A DNA stretch of 55,048 nucleotides from Klebsiella pneumoniae (GCA_945870865.1 CAMBTO010000004.1:1-55048), one strand, 5' to 3'. Positions 19,397-29,889 are shown, counted from the stretch's first letter. A program made the numbers and translations. The notes: generated from the sequence alone by a model not told the origin.

Positions 19397-21832
19397 ATGA
19401 CGTGTTTGACCTCCATCCTGATTTATCTGGCCGGTGCAGTACTGCTGGCCTTATTCCGCGCCCCCCTGAAAACGGCGGCAATAGCGAACGGTGTCATGCT
19501 GGTTTTTTACCCTGTCATTGGCAATGGTTCCTGGCTGATGTTCCTGTTCTTGCTACTCTCGTTTGTCTTGTTGTTGCTACTGTCTACCGATGATTTTCGT
19601 ATACGTCGAATTACCTCGCCGTTGCTGGCCTGGTATCGCAAGGTATTGCCACCGGTATCACCGACCGAACGGGTCGCGATTGATGCCGGGACGGTGTCGT
19701 GGGAAGGAGAGATCTTCAGGGGCAATCCTGACTGGCAGAAGTTACATGATGCGGGCCAGCCTGCGCTTACGCCGGAAGAACAGGCGTTTCTTGACGGGCC
19801 GGTTGAGCAGTTATGCCAGAAGGTGAATAGCTGGGATATCAATTTCCGCCTGGCAGATATCCCGGATGATCTGGTCGAGTTTATCAAGCAGAACCGGTTT
19901 CTTGGCATGATCATCCCCCGGGAATATGGCGGATTGGAGTTATCCGCGGTCGCCCAGGTGCAGGTGTTGATGCGTATATTCAGTACCGGCAGTGTGGTGG
20001 GTAATTTTATCAGTGTCCCTAATTCACTGGGACCGGGTGAGCTGCTGGTCAGGTATGGCACGGAAGAACAGAAGCAGCATTATCTGCCGCGTCTGGCTGT
20101 TGGAGCAGAGTTGCCCTGTTTTGCACTGACGGCGCCCCTGGCCGGTTCGGATGCGACATCCATACCCGACACTGGGACGGTGTGCCGCGGAGAATGGCAG
20201 GGCCAGCAGATCATCGGCATGCGACTGAATATCAATAAACGTTATATTACGCTCGCGCCGGTGGCGACGCTGATAGGCCTGGCGTTTCGTCTGCAAGACC
20301 CGGAACATCTGATCGGTGAGGTCGATGATTACGGTATTACCTGTGCGTTGATACCGAGAGAGACCGCCGGGCTCGAGATCGGCAGACGCCATTATCCGAT
20401 AGGTGACCCGTTCCTGAACGGCCCAATCCGTGGCAAGGACATCTTTGTCCCGCTCGAATTTATCATCGGCGGCAAGGCAATGGCAGGTCAGGGCTGGCGT
20501 ATGCTGGTCGAATGTCTGTCTACCGGACGAGCGATCAGTTTGCCGACGATTTCAAACGCGATCTCCCGCAACACGCTGGCAGCGACCGGAGCCTATGCAC
20601 GCATACGCCGCCAGTTCGGTTTACCCATCGCCGAATTTGAAGGCGTCCAGAAACCGCTCGCACGCATGGCCGGTTTCAGCTACATCATTAACGCCGCGAC
20701 GTTGCAAACTGCACATGCAATTGTACAAGGCGCACGGCCCGCCGTTGCCGCCTCGATCCTGAAATACCACTGCACGGAGATGGCCAGAGTCGTCATCAAT
20801 GACGGTATGGATATTCAGGGTGGCAAGGCGATCATGAAGGGACCAAAGAACATGTTGTCTGCCGCCTATGAGTCGGTACCGGTCGCGATCACGGTCGAAG
20901 GGGCGAATATCCTCACACGCAGTTTGATGATCTTCGGCCAGGGGGCCATCCGCTGTCATCCGTATGTATTGAAAGAGATGGAAGTGGCCGGCAAGCCGGA
21001 GTCTGCTGCTGTGGTGGCGGAATTTGATAAACTGTTGTTTGAACATGCGGGGAACAGTTGCCATAACGCCGCGCTCGCTCTGACAAGCGCGCTGACCGGC
21101 GCGCAGTTCGTCCAGGGCAAGTTCGCACCGGGTGTTGCACAGTATTACCGGCAGATAACCCGGCTGAGTGCCGCCTTTGCTGTGGTCGCCGATGTGGCGA
21201 TGCTGACGATGCAGGCCGCGCTGAAAAAACGCGAAATGTTATCGGCCCGTCTCGGGGACCTGCTGAGTACGTTGTATCTGGCCAGTATGGTACTGAAGCA
21301 ATACCAGGATCAGGGTAGTCCCGAGAGTATTCGACCGGTCGTCGACTGGTCATGCCAGTATCTGTTGCATCAGTACCAGCAGGCGATGCGCGAACTGTTG
21401 CAGAATCTGCCCAACCGCCCGGCGGCCTGGGCATTGCGTGCATTGACCTTCCCGCTGGGCGGTCATTTTGCGATGCCTGAGGACACACTGGAAAAACAAA
21501 TCGCCGGTTTGATCACCCATGACACCGCCGCACGCAAACTACTGATCGAAGGCGCCTGGCTGACCTCAACCGAACATAATCCGGTGGGCAAGCTTGATGA
21601 GGCACTGGTGATGGCCGATCAGGTAGAGCCATTGATAGCCAGTCTGCGCAAGGCCGTGAAAGAGAAACGCATTCCGGACTTGATTGGCATCGAGCTGATC
21701 AACGCCGCCGAGACAGCCGGTGTGCTGAATCCGGCGTCGGCCGAACGCCTGCGTGTATTTGATGCGGCCATCATGGATATCATCCATGTTGACGATTTTG
21801 ATTTTGACGCGTTCAGTCGTCCGCTAGCGTAA
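19397..21832 (+). CDS. fadE: Acyl-CoA dehydrogenase, large FadE type
   Basis: 811 aa, N-terminal TMs; VPNSLGPGELL, CFALTAPLAGSDA, KRYITLAPVAT and ITVEGANILTRSL. Confidence 0.92.
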   Translation: MTCLTSILIYLAGAVLLALFRAPLKTAAIANGVMLVFYPVIGNGSWLMFLFLLLSFVLLLLLSTDDFRIRRITSPLLAWYRKVLPPVSPTERVAIDAGTVSWEGEIFRGNPDWQKLHDAGQPALTPEEQAFLDGPVEQLCQKVNSWDINFRLADIPDDLVEFIKQNRFLGMIIPREYGGLELSAVAQVQVLMRIFSTGSVVGNFISVPNSLGPGELLVRYGTEEQKQHYLPRLAVGAELPCFALTAPLAGSDATSIPDTGTVCRGEWQGQQIIGMRLNINKRYITLAPVATLIGLAFRLQDPEHLIGEVDDYGITCALIPRETAGLEIGRRHYPIGDPFLNGPIRGKDIFVPLEFIIGGKAMAGQGWRMLVECLSTGRAISLPTISNAISRNTLAATGAYARIRRQFGLPIAEFEGVQKPLARMAGFSYIINAATLQTAHAIVQGARPAVAASILKYHCTEMARVVINDGMDIQGGKAIMKGPKNMLSAAYESVPVAITVEGANILTRSLMIFGQGAIRCHPYVLKEMEVAGKPESAAVVAEFDKLLFEHAGNSCHNAALALTSALTGAQFVQGKFAPGVAQYYRQITRLSAAFAVVADVAMLTMQAALKKREMLSARLGDLLSTLYLASMVLKQYQDQGSPESIRPVVDWSCQYLLHQYQQAMRELLQNLPNRPAAWALRALTFPLGGHFAMPEDTLEKQIAGLITHDTAARKLLIEGAWLTSTEHNPVGKLDEALVMADQVEPLIASLRKAVKEKRIPDLIGIELINAAETAGVLNPASAERLRVFDAAIMDIIHVDDFDFDAFSRPLA

Positions 21833-21883
21833 TGTCAGGTATAGTGAATCAACAAAACCGGCATAAACAGATATAACGAGAAC

Positions 21884-22675
21884 ATGCGTAAAGATCAGTC
21901 CCAGCAACAGTTGATGGAGTTCGCCGTTAAAATTGCGATAGCCTCCGGCAATATCGCCCGTAAATATTTTCGCACACCGGTCAGCGTCGATTCGAAGTCA
22001 AAGCAACAGTTTGACCCGGTCACCGTAGCTGACCGTGAGATAGAACAGTTCCTGCGTAATAAAATCCGCAAGCACTATCCCTATCATGGCATTATCGGTG
22101 AGGAACAGGGCGTAACCGTCGGCAACAGCTCAATCTGGGTAATCGATCCGATTGATGGCACCCGTGGCTTCATCTCCGGCACACCGATGTGGGGAACACT
22201 GCTTGGACTACTCAACAATGGCAAGCCGGCACTCGGTTTGATGCATCAGCCCTTCGTACGCGAGACCTTTTATGCCGATCGAAACGCCGCATGGTTACGT
22301 CAGGGCACGACCGTTAGACAATTGAGTACCCGGCCCACCCGTAAACTGGGCGAGGCAATACTATTTTGCACCCATCCGTCCATGTTCGACCAGGCAGCCG
22401 ACCGCAACGCGTTTGCCCGAATCGAGTCCGTCTGTCGCTACTCCCGTTTCGGCAGCGATTGTTACGGCTACTGCCTGCTCGCCTCCGGATTTGTGGACTT
22501 GGTCGTCGAGGCCGATCTCAAGCCGTACGACATCATCCCGCTGATCCCGTTGATAGAATCTGCCGGAGGCGTTGTCACCGACTGGCAAGGCAAGACACCG
22601 ATGAATGGCGGCCGCATTATCGCCGCCGCCAACCGCCGCCTGCACCGTGCCGCACTTGAATTATTAAACGAGTAA
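21884..22675 (+). CDS. hisN: Histidinol-phosphatase, inositol monophosphatase family
   Basis: FDPVTVADR, GEEQG, WVIDPIDGTRGF, DCYGY and LKPYDI. Confidence 0.75.
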   Translation: MRKDQSQQQLMEFAVKIAIASGNIARKYFRTPVSVDSKSKQQFDPVTVADREIEQFLRNKIRKHYPYHGIIGEEQGVTVGNSSIWVIDPIDGTRGFISGTPMWGTLLGLLNNGKPALGLMHQPFVRETFYADRNAAWLRQGTTVRQLSTRPTRKLGEAILFCTHPSMFDQAADRNAFARIESVCRYSRFGSDCYGYCLLASGFVDLVVEADLKPYDIIPLIPLIESAGGVVTDWQGKTPMNGGRIIAAANRRLHRAALELLNE

Positions 22676-22704
22676 CTCCCAAACCAGATCAGGAGCATGA
22701 ATAA

Positions 22705-22944
22705 ATGGACAAACCCGAAATAGCACAAAAATCACCGATCGCCATCGACGTAGTCAAAGGTGAAAAATACGCCTGGTGTGCGTGTGGAAAGAGCAAAAAA
22801 CAACCGTTCTGTGACGGCTCACACAAGGGCGGCCCGTTCAGCCCGCTGATCTACGAAGCCACCGAATCCACCAAGAAGTTTTTCTGTTGCTGTAAACAGA
22901 GCATTACCAAACCGTTCTGTGACGGCACCCACAAAACGCTGTGA
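22705..22944 (+). CDS. CDGSH iron-sulfur domain protein (two motifs)
   Basis: WCACGKSKKQPFCDGSH and FCCCKQSITKPFCDGTH. Confidence 0.92.
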   Translation: MDKPEIAQKSPIAIDVVKGEKYAWCACGKSKKQPFCDGSHKGGPFSPLIYEATESTKKFFCCCKQSITKPFCDGTHKTL

Positions 22945-23078
22945 GCAGATATGTATAGATAAAACGGAATTACTGCGCCCCGAATGTTGAATAACGTTAT
23001 GTACCGTCTTGCGCAGGGGACACCCGCCCTCGATAAAAAAATTTGTAGAAGGCAGAGCCATAATCCTGATAATTTGAA

Positions 23079-23184
23079 CGAGTAGCCAGTTCGGTTGTGA
23101 AAGACCGTGTGCCGCATGGATGCGGCACCCGAGGCTACATGGACGTATTTACGGCGTGTCTTGAACGACCGAACTGGCTACTCG
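23079..23184. repeat. Dispersed palindromic element, copy 1 (degenerate partial copy follows at about 23215-23262)
   Basis: 17-bp terminal inverted repeat CGAGTAGCCAGTTCGGT/ACCGAACTGGCTACTCG around a core shared with 29209-29307. Confidence 0.85.
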
Positions 23185-23343
23185 ACAATCCTCACGGAAC
23201 AGCACCAATCAATCATCGGCGTATTCACGGCATGTCTTCAACGACCAGGACCGGTTACTCGAAGAACCCTGACGAAGCCAAATCAAAAATGCCTGGCTGA
23301 ACCGATATCCTGAGTGAACCTGGATATCAGAAGTTCAGTATTC

Positions 23344-24534
23344 TTACAAAACAGCCAGCACCGAATCCGTCAGATAATCAATATTGTTTTCATTGATGCC
23401 CGCAATATTCACCCGACTACTGTTGACCATATACACACTGTAGTCCTTCTTCAGCCGCTGCACCTGATCCACCGACAGACCCAGCATCGAAAACATTCCG
23501 TACTGTGAACTGACAAAACTGAAATCCTGCTTCGAACCCTTCGCCGCCATCTTGTCCGTAAACAGCTTGCGCATACTGTTGATACGCTGGCACATACCTT
23601 CCAGCTCGGTTGACCAGCTCTGCCTTAGCGCCGCATCAGCCAGGATCATACCAACCACAATCGCACCGTGTGCCGGCGGAACCGAATATAAACGGCGGGC
23701 AACCGACTTCATGTGCGACATAACCGCTGTCGTAGTTGCCGCATTTTTTGTCACGATCTGCAACGCGCCTACGCGATCACGATACAAACCAAAATTCTTC
23801 GAGCAGGAATAGGCAATAATAATCTCGGGCACGGCCTCGGCCAGATAACGCAGGCCCTCGGCATCTGCATTCAATCCACGACCCAGGCCCTGATAGGCCG
23901 CATCAACAAACGGCGTAAAGCCGTTCTTCTGTGCCAGCCGGGTGATTTCCTTCCAGTGGTCCATGTTCAGGTCCGCACCAGTCGGGTTATGACAGCACGA
24001 ATGTATTAACAACACATCATTGCTGCCCAGTTTTGCAATCTGATCCATCATCTCGCCGGTACGGATGCTGTGGCCCTGATTGTCATAATAAGGATATTCC
24101 TTCATCGTCAGACCGGCAGTGCCGATCAACGGGATATGGTTCGGCCAGCTCGGATTGCTGACCCAGACATTCGCGCCTGGCTTCCAGGCATTGATTACCT
24201 CGGCGGCAACACGTAGCGAGCCTGAGCCTCCCGGACCGACAATGGTGCAGGAACGGCCATCACGCAGTGACGGATGATTCTCACCCAGAATCAGCTTCTG
24301 GATCTGTTCGTTGAAAACCGGGTCACCTTCAATGCCAGTGTAGGTCTTCGATTTTTCCTGTTCCAGCTTGAGTGTCTCGGCCTTTTTGACGGCGGCGAAT
24401 ACGGGCGTCCTGCCCTGCGGGTCACGGTAGACACCGACGCCGAGGTCAACTTTCTTCGGATTGCTGTCGGCCTGAAAGGCGGCAGTTAGACCAAGGATCG
24501 GATCATCAGGTAATTTTTCAAATGCTTCGAACAT
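23344..24534 (-). CDS. Aspartate/aromatic amino acid aminotransferase (AspC/TyrB family)
   Basis: DPILGL, KVDLGVGVY, HSCCHNPTG, DAAYQG, SCSKNFGLYRDRVG and RVNIAG. Confidence 0.93.
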   Translation of the reverse strand: MFEAFEKLPDDPILGLTAAFQADSNPKKVDLGVGVYRDPQGRTPVFAAVKKAETLKLEQEKSKTYTGIEGDPVFNEQIQKLILGENHPSLRDGRSCTIVGPGGSGSLRVAAEVINAWKPGANVWVSNPSWPNHIPLIGTAGLTMKEYPYYDNQGHSIRTGEMMDQIAKLGSNDVLLIHSCCHNPTGADLNMDHWKEITRLAQKNGFTPFVDAAYQGLGRGLNADAEGLRYLAEAVPEIIIAYSCSKNFGLYRDRVGALQIVTKNAATTTAVMSHMKSVARRLYSVPPAHGAIVVGMILADAALRQSWSTELEGMCQRINSMRKLFTDKMAAKGSKQDFSFVSSQYGMFSMLGLSVDQVQRLKKDYSVYMVNSSRVNIAGINENNIDYLTDSVLAVL

Positions 24535-24696
24535 GGAGGCTCCAGAATACGGTGTTAATATGTCAGTTTTAAACAGAACCAGTCTGCATTAACGGCGCGC
24601 AATAATACACCATATTGGGCGATTATTGTCAGTGGAGATTTCCTCGACAGGCCTTGATAACGCTATAATTAGGGCCAACCCGGCAACCCCGTAACC

Positions 24697-26082
24697 ATGG
24701 ATAGAGACATGAATCAATTACTGGACAAGATCGCGGCAGCTACAGGCCGATCCCTTATTCTGGAAGGCGCAGACATCAGTGAGCGTTATGCCGTGGACTG
24801 GAGTCGGGAAAACCCATGTAAACCTGCCGTCGTCTTACGACCGGTAAACACCCTTCAGGTCAGTACAATCCTGCGTCTATGTAATGAGGCCCGCCAGCCA
24901 CTGGTAACCCAGGGTGGTATGACTGGTCTGGCAGGCGGGGCCACGCCGCAGCCGGGAGAATGGGTACTCAGTCTGGAGAAAATGAACGGCATTGTAGAGC
25001 TGGACGCCGATTCGATGACGTTGACAGCGAAAGCTGGCACGCCACTGGAAACCTTGCAAAATGCGGCACGTGAGGCCGGCCTGATGTTGCCTCTTGACCT
25101 CGGTGCCCGCGGATCCTGCACCATTGGTGGCAATATCGCCACCAATGCCGGCGGTAACCAGGTCATCCAGTACGGTATGACCCGTTCACTGGTTCTGGGG
25201 CTGGAAGCGGTCATGGCTGATGGTACGATCATTTCCTCACGCAACAAACTGTTGAAGAACAATACCGGGTTTGACCTTAAACACATATTTATCGGCAGCG
25301 AAGGTTCGCTCGGTATCGTGACCGAGGCGATATTGCGGCTGTTCCCGGCGACCTCGTCGCGGCAATCGGCCTTGTGCGGGATGGAACAATTCAGCGATGT
25401 GGTGGCACTGTTAAAGATGATGAAACGCAAGTTGCCGGTCATCAGTGCATTCGAGGCGATGTGGGCCAGCTATTTCCGGTATGCGGTTGATGTCATCAAA
25501 TGCAGACGTGACCCGTTTGAGAATCCTTACAACTATTATGTATTACTGGAATCCGAAGGCAATGACCTGGACATGGACGAGGAGCGTTTCCAGTCGGCCC
25601 TGTTTGAAGAACTCGAATCCGGCCTGATAACTGACGCAGTGATATCACGATCGACCCAGGACCGTCAGGACTTCTGGGCAATCCGGGACTCGGTTGGCGA
25701 GATCCTGCACTCACTCCGGCATGAGGCCAATTTTGATATCGGTATACCACTGAGCGAGACCGAGGGCTGTATACGCGAGATTGATACGGAGCTGAACCGG
25801 GTGTTCCCCGGTTTATTCCTGCTGATATTCGGTCATGTCGGTGACGGTAACCTGCATCTGATAGCCACCACGGGCAAACCGGAGGACACCCGCACCATCT
25901 ACGATATCGTCTATCGAATCACCGGGGCGCATCAGGGCGGTATAGCCGCCGAGCATGGTATCGGCATGCTGAAAAAACCGTGGTTGCATCTGTCGCGCAG
26001 TCAGGAAGAGATTGCATTGATGCGCACCTTGAAGGCCGCGTTTGATCCAAACAATATCCTGAACCCCGGACGTGTTATCTAA
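24697..26082 (+). CDS. FAD-linked oxidase, D-2-hydroxyacid dehydrogenase-like
   Basis: QGGMTGLAGG, GGNIATNAGG, KNNTGFDLK, FGHVGDGNLH, AEHGIG and DPNNILNPG. Confidence 0.88.
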   Translation: MDRDMNQLLDKIAAATGRSLILEGADISERYAVDWSRENPCKPAVVLRPVNTLQVSTILRLCNEARQPLVTQGGMTGLAGGATPQPGEWVLSLEKMNGIVELDADSMTLTAKAGTPLETLQNAAREAGLMLPLDLGARGSCTIGGNIATNAGGNQVIQYGMTRSLVLGLEAVMADGTIISSRNKLLKNNTGFDLKHIFIGSEGSLGIVTEAILRLFPATSSRQSALCGMEQFSDVVALLKMMKRKLPVISAFEAMWASYFRYAVDVIKCRRDPFENPYNYYVLLESEGNDLDMDEERFQSALFEELESGLITDAVISRSTQDRQDFWAIRDSVGEILHSLRHEANFDIGIPLSETEGCIREIDTELNRVFPGLFLLIFGHVGDGNLHLIATTGKPEDTRTIYDIVYRITGAHQGGIAAEHGIGMLKKPWLHLSRSQEEIALMRTLKAAFDPNNILNPGRVI

Positions 26083-26129
26083 ATAGCTGTTCCGATATGC
26101 GGGTGGAATCAGGATATCGGATGAGTTAT

Positions 26130-27044
26130 TTATCCGGCGTTCAGGTGGGGTCCGTATTTTTCGACAAATCTGTCACAACGTTGCAGGAACTCTCTGGTGC
26201 TTATCGGCATCGGGATTCGCGTATTCGCATGGATGATAATCAATGAGGCGCCGTCACGTATCAGCTGTATACCTCTCTCTCCCAGTGCGTATTGTTTCTT
26301 GATACTACCTTCAGGCAGAATTGCATTGGTGGCTGAAATTCGGTCGGATGCGCCGACAAAACGTGGCCAAATCTCGATTATACGTGCATCGGTCCGCATC
26401 GTTTCCGCGGCGAGTTTTGCGCTGTCACCCATTTCCCGGATCGTCGGAACCATGTGAGAGAACATCGGTGACTGGGCAAACATGGAAGAGAGTTTGCTGG
26501 AAATGGCATCGATTTCGTGCATCGTCTGGGCAATCTTGATATAGCGTGAGGCGAGGAATTGTTTGACCGGCATGGTAAATACCTTGAACGGTTCACCCCA
26601 GAGTTCATCCAGCCCTTCCCGGCCCGTCGCTGGCCGGATGTATTTACCGTATTCGAGCGCACCCATAAAACAGCGACCGCATTCCTTGATCAGCTCATTG
26701 TCCGGACTGACCCTGACGCCCATCTCTTCGAGTTCCACCATGTGAGTCAATATGTCAGAACCCCGGTTCAGCATCGCCCCGGCCAGCATGGCAGCGAGTA
26801 CCCGTTTGCGGTACGGATCCTCTTCAGCCTCGTACGCGGTGCGTACCTCGTTCAGGCGATCACTCGGGGTGTTTATTCCCGGTTCGGTATGGTGGAAGAC
26901 GCGGCGGGTAAGCTGGTCGATTAACTGTTTTTTATAGCTGAGGCTGTCAGGCATATCGTAGTAGCGGATCCAGTAGCCATCGTAATACACCCGGTCTTCA
27001 CCATCCATCTTCCTGACCGTACCATTCGCAATTTCTTCAACCAT
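26130..27044 (-). CDS. Hypothetical cytoplasmic protein
   Basis: 304-aa ORF with protein-like composition; no family recognised. Confidence 0.7.
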   Translation of the reverse strand: MVEEIANGTVRKMDGEDRVYYDGYWIRYYDMPDSLSYKKQLIDQLTRRVFHHTEPGINTPSDRLNEVRTAYEAEEDPYRKRVLAAMLAGAMLNRGSDILTHMVELEEMGVRVSPDNELIKECGRCFMGALEYGKYIRPATGREGLDELWGEPFKVFTMPVKQFLASRYIKIAQTMHEIDAISSKLSSMFAQSPMFSHMVPTIREMGDSAKLAAETMRTDARIIEIWPRFVGASDRISATNAILPEGSIKKQYALGERGIQLIRDGASLIIIHANTRIPMPISTREFLQRCDRFVEKYGPHLNAG

Positions 27045-27199
27045 GTTTAAACCGGCGCATCCTTAAAATTTTGCGGATCATACTCCAGCATTCGGGCTAT
27101 TTCGACAGGATAATCCGGTTTTGGGTCAATTCGTGGGCAGAGGAGCCATCTGGGGTATACTTGTTTTCATTAAAGACAGTTACCCCGGAGGTAATTGTC

Positions 27200-27478
27200 A
27201 TGCTGCGATTGATGGTTCGGACATTGTTTTTACTGGTATTCCCGCTGATTGTGCTCGCGCAGGAGTCACCGACTTTCAACCAGGTACATCTCGACGCCCA
27301 GGTGGAGCGTGAGGTAGACAATGATCAGCTGGAAGTGGTACTGATGGTACAGGAGGAGGGTGTCAATCCGGATGAAATCGCCACGCGCGTGAATGAAACG
27401 ATGCAGTGGGCGTTAAAGGTGGCGGATGGAAACAAGGATAAGGTTACAGTGTTTTCATCACCGTACGTGCTGCATTGA
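27200..27478 (+). pseudogene. Truncated SIMPL/DUF541-like periplasmic protein
   Basis: GGAGG RBS; signal peptide; NQVHLDAQVEREVDNDQLEVVL...VNETMQWAL; after about 81 aa the ORF runs into the hemL stop codon. Confidence 0.7.
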
Positions 27479-28712
27479 TCGTTGCCTGGATGTGTTCATT
27501 CGTATGGGCTGAGGACACAAAACCGGCCTCGTAGGCGGAAGGTGCGAGATAGATGCCTTGATCGAGCATGCCGTGGAAGAAGTGTTTGAATCGCGGGACA
27601 TTGCAGGCCATTACCTGATCAAACCGGCTGATCGTTTCCTCTTCGGTAAAGAACAATCCAAACATGCCGCCTGATTGTGTCGTCGTAAACGGGATGCCGT
27701 TTTCACGCGCTACATTGCGCAGGCCGTCGAGCAGGCGGCGGGTGGATTGTTCGAGTGCTTCAAAAAATCCCGGTTGGGCGATTGCGTTTAAGGTGGTCAT
27801 GCCGGCGGCCATCGCGACCGGATTGCCAGACAGTGTTCCGGCCTGGTAGACCGGGCCGTCGGGGGCGAGGTGGTTCATGATGTCGGCACGCCCGCCAAAG
27901 GCACCGACCGGCATGCCGCCGCCGATGACCTTGCCGAGGATGGTAATGTCCGGTTTGATCTTGTAAATCGACTGTGCGCCGCCGAGTGCGACACGGAATC
28001 CGGTCATTACCTCGTCGAAGATCAACAGGCTGCCATACTCTGTGCATAACGCGCGCATGCAGTCATGGAACGATTGTGTGGCCGGGACGCAGTTCATGTT
28101 GCCGGCGACCGGTTCGACGATGATGCAGGCGATCTCTGTGCCGATTTGTGTAAACAATTCGCGCAACTGGTCGGTGTTGTTATATGACAGTGTAATCGTG
28201 TGTCTGGCGGAATCGGCGGGTACGCCGGGTGAGGTGGGGACGCCCAGTGTCAATGCACCGGAGCCGGCCTTGACCAGAAGTGAATCGGCATGGCCGTGAT
28301 AACAACCTTCGAATTTCACGATCTTGTCGCGGCCGGTATAACCACGGGCGAGGCGGATCGCGCTCATCGCCGCCTCGGTGCCGGAGTTGACCATGCGTAC
28401 CTTTTCGATGGTCGGCATCAACCGGCAGATCAGTTCGGCCATTTCAATCTCGGCGATTGTAGGTGCGCCAAAACTGAGTCCGTTCGCGGCGGCCTCGGTT
28501 ACCTTGCGTATCACCTCGGGATAAGCATGGCCGAGGATCATCGGGCCCCAGGAGCCGACATAGTCAATATACTGTTTGCTGTTGGTATCAAACACCAGCG
28601 CACCTTGCGCCCGCGCAAAAAATACCGGATCGCCACCGACGCCCTTGAATGCACGCACCGGTGAATTGACGCCGCCGGGGATGACTTGTTGTGCCCGTTT
28701 GAACAGATTCAT
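27444..28712 (-). CDS. hemL: Glutamate-1-semialdehyde 2,1-aminomutase
   Basis: [39 protein letters not shown] and [10 protein letters not shown]. Confidence 0.97.
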   Translation of the reverse strand: MNLFKRAQQVIPGGVNSPVRAFKGVGGDPVFFARAQGALVFDTNSKQYIDYVGSWGPMILGHAYPEVIRKVTEAAANGLSFGAPTIAEIEMAELICRLMPTIEKVRMVNSGTEAAMSAIRLARGYTGRDKIVKFEGCYHGHADSLLVKAGSGALTLGVPTSPGVPADSARHTITLSYNNTDQLRELFTQIGTEIACIIVEPVAGNMNCVPATQSFHDCMRALCTEYGSLLIFDEVMTGFRVALGGAQSIYKIKPDITILGKVIGGGMPVGAFGGRADIMNHLAPDGPVYQAGTLSGNPVAMAAGMTTLNAIAQPGFFEALEQSTRRLLDGLRNVARENGIPFTTTQSGGMFGLFFTEEETISRFDQVMACNVPRFKHFFHGMLDQGIYLAPSAYEAGFVSSAHTNEHIQATINAARTVMKTL

Positions 28713-28716
28713 ATGT

Positions 28717-28917
28717 TTATGTCTTCGTCATTAGTTGATTGAATGTATGGATGACCGTCGTGCCGGTGTTTTGTGCGGTCAGCGCGGTCAGTACCGACAC
28801 ACACCGGGCGCCATTCCGGTTGATACTCTCAATATCGGCCTGGATACCAGCTGCACCGGACGGATCATGCGCGGAAAACGCGAGTACGATAGGAGGGTGC
28901 GCGTTAAAGGTTTTCAT
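28717..28917 (-). pseudogene. thiD: 5' fragment of HMP/phosphomethylpyrimidine kinase (ThiD family)
   Basis: VLAFSAHDPSGAAGIQADI...LTALTAQNT is the ThiD N-terminus; ORF ends at 66 aa. Confidence 0.8.
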
Positions 28918-28973
28918 TGCAATCTATTCTACATGGTTAATAATCACGCGGAAAAAAAATAGGAGATCGTGAC

Positions 28974-29141
28974 GTGAAAAAGTATATGTGTGTTATCTGC
29001 GGATATATCTACGATGAGTCACTCGGCTGGCCGGCCGATGGCATCGCCGCCGGCACACGCTGGGACGACGTACCGATCAACTGGAGTTGTCCGGACTGTG
29101 GGGCACGCAAGGAAGATTTTGATATGGTGGAGATGGATTGA
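28974..29141 (+). CDS. Rubredoxin (55 aa; absent from the ORF track)
   Basis: GTG start after AGGAG; [55 protein letters not shown] with two CxxCG motifs. Confidence 0.95.
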   Translation: MKKYMCVICGYIYDESLGWPADGIAAGTRWDDVPINWSCPDCGARKEDFDMVEMD

Positions 29142-29208
29142 TCCGGGGCTTCAGGAGGAGGGTTTCCGCATGTTGGGTGGGTTTATCACTGGCTTCGAGG
29201 GGCGTTCC

Positions 29209-29307
29209 GCAGCCACCCGGCATGCTCGTTCAAGACACGCCGTAAATACATCCATGTAGGCTCGGGTGCCGCATCCATGCGGTTTCACAAGCATGCCGGG
29301 TGGCTGC
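29209..29307. repeat. Dispersed palindromic element, copy 2 (inverted relative to copy 1)
   Basis: 18-bp terminal inverted repeat GCAGCCACCCGGCATGCT/AGCATGCCGGGTGGCTGC; core is the near-exact reverse complement of about 23112-23167. Confidence 0.85.
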
Positions 29308-29463
29308 TCCAGGCTGAGAGGATAGTGCCTTGGTTAAAAAGCGGATATTCAGAATGAGTTAATGGCAAGTCCGGAACTACTTTGATTGCCTACCGGGTGG
29401 CTGGGGAACTTTCCCGAAGCCCGATCAGACGAAATGCACAGCTGCCAAAATCATGTAAGACAT

Positions 29464-29889
29464 CTAAAATGGCCTGACTACCGCCAGCAGGATAATTGCA
29501 ATCAGGATCAAAACCGGGGCTTCATTAAACCAGCGATACCAGACGTGGCTGTGTTTGTTACGGTCGTGTTTGAAGTCGAGTAGCAGTTTGCCGCAGTAAA
29601 TGTGGTAGATCAGCAGCAGCAGTACCAGTCCCAGCTTCAGGTGTAGCCAGTAAGTGCCGGCATAGGCGGCCCAGCCCATCTGGCCGAGTGTGAGCAGGCC
29701 GAACAGGATGGTCAGTACACCACCCGGTGTGGTGATCCCATAGAACAGTTTGCGTTCCATGATCTTGAAGCGGTCGATACTGGTCTTGTCCTCGCTCATC
29801 GCGTGGTAGACATACAGGCGCGGCAGGTAGAACAGGCCTGCAAACCAGGTGACCATGAAGATCAGATGCAGTGCCTTTAACCAGAGCAT
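29464..29889 (-). CDS. hemJ: Protoporphyrinogen oxidase HemJ
   Basis: WLKALHLIFMVTWFAGLFYLPRLYVYH, MERKL and YRWFNEAP. Confidence 0.93.
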   Translation of the reverse strand: MLWLKALHLIFMVTWFAGLFYLPRLYVYHAMSEDKTSIDRFKIMERKLFYGITTPGGVLTILFGLLTLGQMGWAAYAGTYWLHLKLGLVLLLLIYHIYCGKLLLDFKHDRNKHSHVWYRWFNEAPVLILIAIILLAVVRPF

